From assembly GCA_964510945.1 (NCBI GenBank), contig CAZEED010000005.1, positions 4,132 to 68,131 on the forward strand: a stretch of DNA of 64,000 bases. The letters are read 5' to 3'. The notes under the pieces were generated by a model. The model searched no databases, was not told the origin of the DNA, and was given only the letters and a program-made list of their open reading frames with translations. The stretch is from an uncultured Candidatus Saccharibacteria bacterium. GTDB lineage: Bacteria; Patescibacteriota; Saccharimonadia; Saccharimonadales; JAGQNJ01. This document shows positions 38,764-47,369 of this stretch, one piece after another (the first letter of the stretch is position 1; every line of letters begins with the position of its first letter). Made by a program: the position numbers and the translations under genes.

Positions 38764-38809
38764 ACGGATAACTACTTAAACATATCTTCTCAGCTAACTC
38801 AACCCAATT

Positions 38810-38840
38810 AAAAAGATCCCGGATAAATCCAGGACCTTTT
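38810..38840 (-). terminator. Rho-independent terminator after the RRM gene (structurally bidirectional)
   Basis: Hairpin gatcccgga/tccaggacc (38815-38836, two mismatches), flanked by A5 and T4. Confidence 0.55.
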
Positions 38841-38868
38841 ATTGCGCTTCTTTCAGATAAATCTGAAA

Positions 38869-39120
38869 TTAGTCGCGAGGGCGGGCTTCGCTAACGTTGA
38901 TTGGTCGGCCGTCAAGCTCTTTACCATTCAACTGGTCGACTGCAGCTTTGGCTTCATCATCTGAACCCATTTCTACAAACCCAAAACCTTTTGATCGATT
39001 AGTGTCTCGGTCAGTTATAACTTTTGCAGATACAACCTTACCAACTGTTTCGAACAACTCTTTAAGCTGATCGTCAGTCACGTTCCAAGACAATGAACCT
39101 ACAAATAGATTAGTTGCCAT
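38869..39120 (-). CDS. RNA-binding protein, single RRM (RNP-1/RNP-2)
   Basis: RNP-2 LFVGSL and RNP-1 KGFGFVEM. AAGGAG RBS. Confidence 0.9.
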   Translation of the reverse strand: MATNLFVGSLSWNVTDDQLKELFETVGKVVSAKVITDRDTNRSKGFGFVEMGSDDEAKAAVDQLNGKELDGRPINVSEARPRD

Positions 39121-39355
39121 TTGAACTCCTTATTAATTTCTAGAGGTAACTTTGGCAACGCCGAGTTAGCTGCTCCTACTAAAAACACATTGTTAATATT
39201 ATTGAACCTAGAACCGAACTAACTCGTTACATTAGCAGCTTTATCTAGTCAGGGTAACTATAACACAGAAATGATTAAAAATAGCAAACTTTTTTCTCTG
39301 TTGAGATCGTTTAATCACGTGGTTTTAAATCGCTTTTGTTTTTGTGACTTAGAAT

Positions 39356-41194
39356 TTAGGTATTTGCCTTAGCGCGACGACGTTTGTTTGGATCTAGTTC
39401 GCTTTTTCTCAGTCGCAAACTTTCTGGTGTGACCTCTAGCAACTCGTCTTTTTCTAAGAAATCAATGCACTGTTCGAGGCTGAGAATTGTTGGCGGTGAT
39501 AGCTGGACTACCCCGTCGCTACTAGAACTTCGCATATTTGTTAAATGCTTGGCCTTACATACATTAATTTCTAAATCATCACTTCTTTTATTGAGACCAA
39601 TTATCTGACCAGCGTAGACTTTTACTGCTCCACCAACAAATAACTCCCCTCGATCTTCAGCATTTTGCAATGAATATGGCGTTGTTACACCAGTCTCAAA
39701 AGCAATTAACACGCCATTTCGCAGTTGCTCGAGTGGTGCGCCTAAAGGTTGATAGCCTGTCACGAGGCTGTTCATGATGATTGTTCCTTTGGTATTCGTC
39801 ATAAGAATGTTGCGGAGTCCAATCAATGCCCGAGTCGGTAGTTCATAAATTAGCTTTGTGACGCCGTTGTTGGTTGCAAACTGCTCCTTTAGTACACTTT
39901 TACGCTTGCCTAGTTCCATTTGTACCGCACCGACATAATCAGCAGGCACCTCGATGATTAACTCTTCTACAGGCTCCTCTGTGACTCCATCGTTATCCCG
40001 AGTAACTACCTGCGGTCGACCAACTTCAAATTCAAAACCTTCTCGGCGCATTGTCTCGATCAGCACGCTCAAGTGTAGCTCTCCGCGCCCTGATATCAAG
40101 AATCCAATGCCTTCTTCTTCAACTCGCAGTCCTACGTTTGTTTCTAGCTCTTTTTTAAGCCGTTCGGCAATTTGTCGATTAGTAGAGAATTTGCTCTCTT
40201 GGCCTTTAAACGGGCTAGTGTTTGGACCCAGATAAATCTTTAACGTCGGCGCTTCAACCTCCAAGACAGGCAATGCCTCAGGTTCCTCAGCATCAGCCAC
40301 AGTTTCGCCAATCTGTGCATCGCCTACCCCAGTTAACTGCACAATATCACCAGCTACACCACCGTCAACCTCAAATTTGCTAACACCGTGACTCATATAG
40401 ACCGTATCAATTTTTGCCCTAACTTGCTTTCCGTCTTTTTTGCAAAGGGTAATTGGATCGCCAGCCTTAACTTTGCCTCTAGTTATACGCCCGATAGCGT
40501 ACTTTCCCTTAAAACTGTCCCAAGATAATGCCGTAACTAACATCTGGAAAGGCTTGTCCGGTTCAGCATGAGGCGCTGGAATATCGTTAATAATCGCTTG
40601 GAAGATTACTTCTAGATCACCCTCGTCTTCAAAATGCGTCGGAGGCTTTGCCCATGCTTTGCCCTCACGGCCAACAGCGTAATAGACTGGATAATGTAGC
40701 TGATCTTCGTGTACGGCCAGTTCTAAAAATAAATCAGCTAATTCGTCCTCAACCTCTTTTAATCTCGATCCAGGTTTATCGATTTTGTTAATAATCACAA
40801 TCGGCTTAAGCTCATTGGCCAGTGCTTTTGATAATACAAACTTAGTCTGGGGCATCGGGCCTTCCTGAGCGTCAACGATCAAAATACAGCCATCGGCCAT
40901 ATTAAGCGTACGTTCTACCTCACCAGAAAAATCGGCGTGTCCAGGGGTATCAATGATATTTATTCGATAATCACCGTGTTGCACAGCTGTCACTTTGGCA
41001 GTAATAGTTATTCCGCGCTCTTTTTCTTGGTCACCACTGTCCATAATCAAATCTTGGCCCATTTCAGCCTGATTATCACGAAAGGTTTGCGATTGCTTTA
41101 AAAGCCCGTCAACAAGGGTAGTTTTGCCATGATCAACATGGGCAATAATGGCGATATTTCGTATTTTAGTAGGGTCTTGTATCTTTGATGTCAT
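39356..41194 (-). CDS. typA: Translational GTPase TypA/BipA
   Basis: AHVDHGKTT, DTPGH, NKID motifs and BipA-type C-terminal domains. Start moved to ATG 41194. Confidence 0.95.
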   Translation of the reverse strand: MTSKIQDPTKIRNIAIIAHVDHGKTTLVDGLLKQSQTFRDNQAEMGQDLIMDSGDQEKERGITITAKVTAVQHGDYRINIIDTPGHADFSGEVERTLNMADGCILIVDAQEGPMPQTKFVLSKALANELKPIVIINKIDKPGSRLKEVEDELADLFLELAVHEDQLHYPVYYAVGREGKAWAKPPTHFEDEGDLEVIFQAIINDIPAPHAEPDKPFQMLVTALSWDSFKGKYAIGRITRGKVKAGDPITLCKKDGKQVRAKIDTVYMSHGVSKFEVDGGVAGDIVQLTGVGDAQIGETVADAEEPEALPVLEVEAPTLKIYLGPNTSPFKGQESKFSTNRQIAERLKKELETNVGLRVEEEGIGFLISGRGELHLSVLIETMRREGFEFEVGRPQVVTRDNDGVTEEPVEELIIEVPADYVGAVQMELGKRKSVLKEQFATNNGVTKLIYELPTRALIGLRNILMTNTKGTIIMNSLVTGYQPLGAPLEQLRNGVLIAFETGVTTPYSLQNAEDRGELFVGGAVKVYAGQIIGLNKRSDDLEINVCKAKHLTNMRSSSSDGVVQLSPPTILSLEQCIDFLEKDELLEVTPESLRLRKSELDPNKRRRAKANT

Positions 41195-41284
41195 AAAAAT
41201 TAAAAAGCACCCTTGTACGGGCACTCCCTTACCCCATAATTATAACATAAACTTTTTACTGTGTATACACTGTAATTATGGATA

Positions 41285-43333
41285 CTACTCTCCGAAAATC
41301 ACGTTCTGTATTGTCGGGTCTTCGTTAAAATGGTTTGCATCATGTGGGACTCGAAAATGATTGGCAATTGGGATAGAATCGTTAACAACTGACCAGTCTC
41401 GTACATAATTGCCAGCCCAATAAGCTGTACCGTCAGTCGTACGCGTACCTGTCCATTGATTGTTATAAAACCGCAGATCCTGTATCCAGTTTTTTTCATT
41501 GCCAACAATAATCGCTAACTCACCTTTTTCAACGCCTAAATCAATTTTATTATTGGCAATTACATAATTTTCTGTGGCAAAGTCAGATTTTGATGGATCT
41601 GGGGTGCCGGCTGAATTATAGTTACCGCGAAATTCAAAAATCTGCTGATTCCCGCCCCCATCAATCGATAAATCAGAGTTAATAAAGCTAATATCCTGAG
41701 CATCGCCAATACCAATTAATCTAGCCGGCAAAGTTGCGTTATCACCAACAGTTAGTTTTACTTTATCAAAGATAATATCCACTGACCGTTCCCCGACAGC
41801 AATTGCAGGAGAACCAACTAATGGACAATCCCGTGGGTCTGGATAAGTTACTGCAGAACAGTGTACCGGCCTTCTAGTTGAAGGCTCTGGCGGAGGACAT
41901 TTCAGCGGATCAGGCTGAGCGTTGTAAGAACAGCTAAGCGGGCGATAAGTAAAATCAAGGTTACTATAAATGTTTTGAGTAGACGCCATCGCTACTTCGA
42001 TCGCTTCAGTACTGTAATCTCCTTTGATATTAGTAAAGATACTTTTTACCACATTATTGAGTACGATTGGTTGATCAACTCCGATAAAATTAACATCGTG
42101 CACTAAGCAACCATAACAAAATCCTGCGCCAAGCCCCCCTCGACCACCTTCAAAATCTATGCCGTAAATCTCGGCCCACTTAACCGCGTACCATCGTGTT
42201 TCGCGACCCATAATGTAGCTTAGCCACGAATTAACACCAGCTATCTTACATACTTGAGGTGGACCTCCCTGAGAATTACCGATAGTGTTTATGGCTTTAT
42301 CAGCCAATATCAATTTATTGCCTTCTATGCTGGCTATTCGATTAAATTGAACAAAATCAGGTTGAGTGTAACCATTGTCATTATCAAAGGTTTTTGTAGA
42401 TCTAACACAAACAATTTCACCACGGCTTAGTTTCTTGACATCATCGGATGATTTAAGCGAGATAGAGCTAGAGCCCTTTTCCCACGATGATTCTACCGTT
42501 TCAAAATTTTTAAATCTCTCACGTTCTGGTTTGCGAGAATCAAAAACTAACGGGAATGAATCGCCAAGCACCATAGCGAAAGGCGACTCCTCATCTGTCC
42601 CAGTCTGCACAATTACACTCTTACCCGGTATGCCGCGCAGTCGAACAGATGACTTCATAAAGAGCGGTTTAGTAATGTTATAACGGCCTTCAGGAACTTG
42701 TAAAATACCCTTAGTGGAATCTATAGCCCGCTGGAAGGCGACTGTATCGTCTGCTTCACCATCTCCTTTTACGCCAAAATCCTTTACAGAAGCAATTTCG
42801 GCATTTTCTGAGAATGCGCGAACCCTAAAATTCATAGTCCTACTACCATTTGTATATCTCACATAAAAACGTTTTCCTTTTGAATCAGTCGCCCGAATTT
42901 TAATATTATGCGTCTCTTCATTACAGCAAGCTTTAACCTTCATAATTGCTTTATAACCCCTAGTGTTAATCTTTGTAACACTAGGTTTTTGATACACTCC
43001 ATCAAAAGCGATTTTAATGTCCCTAAGCTTTTTTCCCGTTTTTGCGTGTATTACAATGCTTAGATTAGTCCCTTCAGCAGCCTCAGTAACGGACTTTGAA
43101 CGTTTTGTAACCTTAAAACTATAATCCTTTAACGTTACGGATTTTTTTACATCAGCATTGGCGCTGTCTACATTTACTCTGTTTTTCAGCAATCTACTTC
43201 CTATGACAGCAATTATTAGCACCAAAAAAATCAAGACAACCTTCAGCCAATCAGAACGACTGATAATTGAATGTTTTTTCTTTTTATCTAGATGAATATT
43301 ATCTGAATCCTTGTCTTGCACGCCGACTCCCAA
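41285..43333 (-). CDS. Membrane-anchored surface protein with Ig-like N-region and right-handed beta-helix (pectate-lyase-3-like) domain
   Basis: N-terminal TM segment. VKDFGVKGDGEADDTVAFQRAID..VPEGRY is the typical entry motif of pectate_lyase_3 / tailspike-like beta-helices. TTG start in the ORF track, so the true start is uncertain. Confidence 0.7.
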   Translation of the reverse strand: MGVGVQDKDSDNIHLDKKKKHSIISRSDWLKVVLIFLVLIIAVIGSRLLKNRVNVDSANADVKKSVTLKDYSFKVTKRSKSVTEAAEGTNLSIVIHAKTGKKLRDIKIAFDGVYQKPSVTKINTRGYKAIMKVKACCNEETHNIKIRATDSKGKRFYVRYTNGSRTMNFRVRAFSENAEIASVKDFGVKGDGEADDTVAFQRAIDSTKGILQVPEGRYNITKPLFMKSSVRLRGIPGKSVIVQTGTDEESPFAMVLGDSFPLVFDSRKPERERFKNFETVESSWEKGSSSISLKSSDDVKKLSRGEIVCVRSTKTFDNDNGYTQPDFVQFNRIASIEGNKLILADKAINTIGNSQGGPPQVCKIAGVNSWLSYIMGRETRWYAVKWAEIYGIDFEGGRGGLGAGFCYGCLVHDVNFIGVDQPIVLNNVVKSIFTNIKGDYSTEAIEVAMASTQNIYSNLDFTYRPLSCSYNAQPDPLKCPPPEPSTRRPVHCSAVTYPDPRDCPLVGSPAIAVGERSVDIIFDKVKLTVGDNATLPARLIGIGDAQDISFINSDLSIDGGGNQQIFEFRGNYNSAGTPDPSKSDFATENYVIANNKIDLGVEKGELAIIVGNEKNWIQDLRFYNNQWTGTRTTDGTAYWAGNYVRDWSVVNDSIPIANHFRVPHDANHFNEDPTIQNVIFGE

Positions 43334-43390
43334 ACCTTATACCATAAGCTTAACACAAATGATCTTATTCAATCAGTAGTTAGGTGATGC

Positions 43391-44245
43391 TTAGTTTAGA
43401 GATTTCTTAACATAGGTCGTTGAGTCACTCTTGGTGGCTGTCAGGCTATAGGCGGTGCATTGTTTGGTATTATTATCACAACCTTCAGGCGTTACTTCGT
43501 ACGAATATGCATTCATTTGAGGTTTTGCGACGATTATTGTCGAGGAATTATCTGGATCAGAAAATACAGATACAGAAGCAGAAGACATATTGTTTTTGCG
43601 CCACGACTTATCGTTTAGTTGCTTAAGTGAGGGATAATAACCCTCGCTTCCAAAAAAATATTCAAGCTGAGCATGAATTGCATTAATATCCGCTTCTCTG
43701 GCACGATCATTAGCATTTGTTTTTACATCTTCTGCGTAAGGACTATCGGCATCATCTGGAAGGTTATAGTTATAAGATGGAGGTTGATAAGAATTACTGA
43801 AATAAGGTTTTACTTTTTGACAGTTTTCGCCTGCCTTATGATACTGATCTACATACAGACTCTCGGGTATGTATTGACTATCATAATAACTTGGGTCGTC
43901 ATAAACGGATGCTCCACCAGTCAATGCCGTACTGACAAGTGACTGGCCTAGACCGTAATCATTATAGCCACTAGCCGCTTTATAAGTTACGCAAAACGAA
44001 TATTCTTTCTCGGAATCCTTTGTATATTTAATGGTCGGCGGAACGTCTTGTACGCCAGCCTCACTTAACGATTCAGGTATCTTTTGATTGTTTTGAACGT
44101 AAGTATTAAGTTTTGAGGCAATATCTTGTGCAGACTTTAGGGTCTGAACATCCTGTTTACTACCTATGCCAACAGATATCACGTACCCAGCAAAACCTAG
44201 TGTCAACAAGCAGATTATTGCGATACCGATATAATATTTCTTCAT
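43391..44245 (-). CDS. Membrane-anchored hypothetical protein with internal pilin-like motif
   Basis: N-terminal TM segment. The internal NDRAREADINAIHAQLEYFFGSEGYYP resembles the post-helix segment of type IV pilins/pseudopilins. Confidence 0.6.
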   Translation of the reverse strand: MKKYYIGIAIICLLTLGFAGYVISVGIGSKQDVQTLKSAQDIASKLNTYVQNNQKIPESLSEAGVQDVPPTIKYTKDSEKEYSFCVTYKAASGYNDYGLGQSLVSTALTGGASVYDDPSYYDSQYIPESLYVDQYHKAGENCQKVKPYFSNSYQPPSYNYNLPDDADSPYAEDVKTNANDRAREADINAIHAQLEYFFGSEGYYPSLKQLNDKSWRKNNMSSASVSVFSDPDNSSTIIVAKPQMNAYSYEVTPEGCDNNTKQCTAYSLTATKSDSTTYVKKSLN

Positions 44246-44255
44246 ATTATATGTC

Positions 44256-44876
44256 TTACCTCTGGACCCGATGTTCGTTTACCCAATAATATCCTAGTAT
44301 CCCTCCCGCAATTACCGTTACGACTAACAGATTAATCGCCGCTTTGCCTATCGAGACCGATGATTTACCTCCTAGATTGGCAAATACCAGATATACAAAT
44401 GTTATTAAATTGAAGAAAAGTACTAAAAATGCAAAAATTTGAGTTGTCTGTGAAGATCTTCGCTTTGAGGCGTCAAGGCGAAGGTTAGGATCTTTTAACT
44501 CTGCCTTTTTAAGCCTGATAAAAAATCCAGCAAATACTAAAACCCCGACAAGCGCCAACGAAGCAGGCAAGGCCAAAATAGCAAATGAGGTACCGCCATT
44601 AATTGCAGTCAAAACTCCCCAAAGCAATCCGCCGGCGCCAAACCATAGGCTAATTGACATCATTAAATACTCCAGGCCTCGTACGCTCAATACCTTTACT
44701 ACTGGTGTAGAAACCGTTTGGTCTGAACTTACTAATGACTCTTTTAAAACTGGATTTTCTTTTGTTACTTCTTCGACACGAGAGAATCTATCTGACGATT
44801 CTGGCTGAGGTGAATGCGGAGGTGGAATAATATTATCTACTACAGCATTATTGTTCCAACGATTCTGATTATCCAT
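44256..44876 (-). CDS. Hypothetical 4-TM membrane protein
   Basis: Soluble Pro/Ser-rich N-terminus followed by four hydrophobic helices. Confidence 0.6.
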   Translation of the reverse strand: MDNQNRWNNNAVVDNIIPPPHSPQPESSDRFSRVEEVTKENPVLKESLVSSDQTVSTPVVKVLSVRGLEYLMMSISLWFGAGGLLWGVLTAINGGTSFAILALPASLALVGVLVFAGFFIRLKKAELKDPNLRLDASKRRSSQTTQIFAFLVLFFNLITFVYLVFANLGGKSSVSIGKAAINLLVVTVIAGGILGYYWVNEHRVQR

Positions 44877-45024
44877 TCTGTCCCCACTATTAATTTAATG
44901 CCATTATACACCCCGAAGTAGCATAATCACAATGATATATACGATTCTTTCTCGTGCATTATTCCAATATGAAATGCAACTAAACATTTGTTTTATTTTA
45001 ATATTTGTGTTATAGTTGTCTATC

Positions 45025-45678
45025 ATGTTCGAGCGCGTGGTTTTACCATCAGCAGTTATAAAGCACACTATTTCTCCAGAAGTTTTTTCCCTATTAGATC
45101 CCCTGAATGAACAATATGGATTCTGTCGCCGAGAAAGCGTTCAAACCTCACTTGTAGTAAAAAATAAGGCTCCTTTAACAGCAATTACTGCTGGTGGAAT
45201 TGTAGAAACCGTTGACGATCAGCACAGCCTCGAACTAGTTCACGAAGCAATTATCGCTGTATCAGGTTCCGACGAATACCTACCAAAAACCGCGCAAGAT
45301 TACACTAACTTATACTATGCAAAAGGATGGGTCGCTCCCGGTTTAAGACAACTTTCTACAAGATGGCATCTAGATACAAATTATGCCGAAAATGTACGGA
45401 CCTCTGTTGTTTCGGATGTTTTGCCAACCGAAATAGTTAGCGGAATATTAAAAGGGTCTTGGGCTAGAACTTTTTTGAGAGAATCCAGAAAGACACCATC
45501 AAATGAATATGTTGTCATAGATGAAGCTTTAGAAAATGGTTTACTCGCAATCAATCAGCCCCCAGAACTAGCTGTAGCCACTATCGATAACAATGTTTGG
45601 CATAGATCGTGCGAAAACCTTGGCAAAGAACCAGTTTTAAGACATTTTATTGCTGTTGTGGCCATAAATCCTCAATAA
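45025..45678 (+). CDS. Hypothetical protein (possible HxD...H metal site)
   Basis: The ORF track starts at TTG 45016, which overlaps the predicted -10, so ATG 45025 is preferred. It contains WHLDT and a distal WHRS. No confident domain. Confidence 0.55.
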   Translation: MFERVVLPSAVIKHTISPEVFSLLDPLNEQYGFCRRESVQTSLVVKNKAPLTAITAGGIVETVDDQHSLELVHEAIIAVSGSDEYLPKTAQDYTNLYYAKGWVAPGLRQLSTRWHLDTNYAENVRTSVVSDVLPTEIVSGILKGSWARTFLRESRKTPSNEYVVIDEALENGLLAINQPPELAVATIDNNVWHRSCENLGKEPVLRHFIAVVAINPQ

Positions 45679-45718
45679 CAACCATACTTCATTTTTATTG
45701 AACAAATAATTATTCAAC

Positions 45719-45752
45719 AAAAAAGACCTTTCTAATGTCGAAAAGTCCCTTT
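45719..45752. terminator. Bidirectional terminator shared by the 217-aa gene (45025-45678) and ssrA
   Basis: Hairpin gacctttc (45725-45732) with gaaaagtc (45740-45747, 1 mismatch). A6 upstream and T-run downstream. Confidence 0.55.
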
Positions 45753-46140
45753 TGGTGGAGCTGCGGAGAATTGCACTCCGGTCCGCTGGATTATCTTTGT
45801 TAGTCTTCTACAGGCTTAGTCTATTTAAATTTATCTTAGAAGAGTTATATATAAAAAGACAAAACAACAACTCCTCGCATATCTTATGGTTTCTTTGTAA
45901 AACTACAGATAAAAAGTTTTACGCAACCAGATGATATGACACGCTAGCAATGCTATCTGACGTCACTTTGCGCGTGGCTTTAGTTAAACTAAAGCTGGTG
46001 CTAGCTTAGGCATTTGGAAATTTCCAAAAGCTGCAACTAGCTGTTTTTTAACATTTGCAGTTAAAATTGTTGTCTATACGCTGACAAGCGACCTGCTGAT
46101 CTAACTGATAAAGTCCTACGTCGAGCATAATTTCAGCCCC
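45753..46140 (-). ncRNA. ssrA: tmRNA (SsrA)
   Basis: - 5' end GGGGCUGAAAUUAUGCUCGACG.
- 3' end CGGAG-UGCAAUU-CUCCG-CAGCUCC-ACCA.
- Acceptor stem carries a G3:U pair.
- Candidate tag ORF resumes at GCA 46058. Its stop UAA (45986-45984) sits in the loop of hairpin GCUUUAG-UUUAA-CUAAAGC. Confidence 0.93.
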
Positions 46141-46150
46141 ATCAATAATT

Positions 46151-46159
46151 ATTATAACA
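46151..46159 (-). promoter_or_regulatory. Extended -10 promoter element for ssrA
   Basis: The minus strand reads TGtTATAAT. The hexamer ends 10 nt before the mature 5' GGGG, consistent with a short RNase P-processed leader. Confidence 0.4.
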
Positions 46160-46299
46160 AAATCTGTAAACATTAGCAATATTAAGACAGGGAAGTCGTG
46201 CTTTTGCAAATACCTGAAGTGCCAAAAAGTACTGTATCGAAGTCCCAAGAACAACAAAAGCAGGTGTTTTATTTTTACAACAGCTAGGGTAGGGGACTT

Positions 46300-47082
46300 T
46301 TAAGATTTTTTCTGTAATAGTGAGAACATTCGTAACCACTGTTCAATTGATAATTCTTGCGCACGGGCACTCGAATCAATCCCCAACTCCTCAAAAGCCT
46401 GATTTAGTACCTGCTTATCGTATTTTACTTCTCTCAACAGATTAGAAATAAGCTTTTTTCGCGGTTGATCAAAGGCAGCCTTTACAAGTGTTAAAAAATC
46501 CTCTATTTTATCAACTTCAATTTGTGGGGTTTCCCTCCGTTGTAACACCAAAATTTGCGAGTCAACTTTTGGTGGTGGCTCAAACAAATGCGCCGGCACC
46601 ACCTCCCCTGCCCAGGTCACATAAAAAACCTGCAGGACCACAGCTACAAACGACATTTTGCCCGCCTCAGCACTAGCCCGCTCGGCCACTTCTTTTTGCA
46701 CTAACAGTGAAGCTAAGTCTGGTTTCTTATCAGAATCAATTAATTTTCTGAACAAATTCGCCGTCAGATAATACGGGATATTGGCAACAATCTTAAAGCG
46801 CGGGGCAAGACTGCCAAAATCAAACTTTCTAATATCGCCTTCAATTACCTGCACATTCTTATTACTGGCATATTTAAATAGCAACTGCTGGGCCAAAGTA
46901 TGATCATACTCGAGGGCGGTGATATTCGCCCCAATCGCCACTAACTCATCTGTTAAAAGCCCTGTGCCAGGCCCAATCTCGAGTACATCATCCCCTGCCT
47001 TCACCTCGGCACTCTCAATCATCGCTTGCAAAGAATATTTATCCTTCAGCCAATGCTGCCCTAACTCTTTTCGTTGATTCAT
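46300..47082 (-). CDS. rsmA: 16S rRNA (adenine1518/1519-N6)-dimethyltransferase RsmA/KsgA
   Basis: LGQHWL, SAM motif VLEIGPGTGLLT, NIPY motif. Confidence 0.95.
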   Translation of the reverse strand: MNQRKELGQHWLKDKYSLQAMIESAEVKAGDDVLEIGPGTGLLTDELVAIGANITALEYDHTLAQQLLFKYASNKNVQVIEGDIRKFDFGSLAPRFKIVANIPYYLTANLFRKLIDSDKKPDLASLLVQKEVAERASAEAGKMSFVAVVLQVFYVTWAGEVVPAHLFEPPPKVDSQILVLQRRETPQIEVDKIEDFLTLVKAAFDQPRKKLISNLLREVKYDKQVLNQAFEELGIDSSARAQELSIEQWLRMFSLLQKKS

Positions 47083-47191
47083 TAACTAAATTGTATCAGA
47101 GAATTCATGAGCGAGGTTCTGGGTCTTGCACTCGAGTGCAGTCCTTTGTGCTAGTGTTTCCTCCCCCTCTCAAACACTGAGTGGATTTAAA

Positions 47192-47287
47192 TAGTTTTTG
47201 GTGAATGGATGCCGAGGACTAATCTGATTCCATACTTTAGAATTAATGAATCAGATCGCTTGCGTTCCGCAGGCACACAAAAAACTA
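47192..47287. repeat. 96-nt imperfect-palindromic structured repeat, copy 1
   Basis: 84/96 positions identical to 53797-53892 by hand alignment. It folds into a long hairpin with a conserved 6-nt bulge and a conserved asymmetric internal loop (cgcttgcgt). Confidence 0.7.
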
Positions 47288-47369
47288 TATAAATCTACTT
47301 CATGTGGCTTGAGTTGGGGCGGTACTTTTGCCATACTTTTCTTGCCGGGGAGAAAACTATGAAAAGGGT

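Noticed and set aside
41195-41224. N-terminal extensions in the ORF track (typA 41224, ruvX 25116, ftsA 28067, pheA 17992, PheS-like 6795, EamA 30756, 45016, 19142, 4130)
   Set aside because: The extensions add implausible residues, overlap upstream genes or predicted promoters, or use TTG starts. Internal ATGs with an RBS or leaderless geometry were preferred. These remain predictions.
41285-45752. Genomic island integrated at the tmRNA 3' end
   Set aside because: The adjacent genes are lineage-specific surface proteins. There is no integrase, no phage genes and no direct repeat of the ssrA 3' end within the window.
45752-46339. ORFs 45752-45934 (+), 46048-46257 (-) and 46142-46339 (-)
   Set aside because: They overlap the tmRNA gene or its promoter. 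The tmRNA identification (GGGGCUG...CAGCUCCACCA, T-arm, tag hairpin) explains the region.
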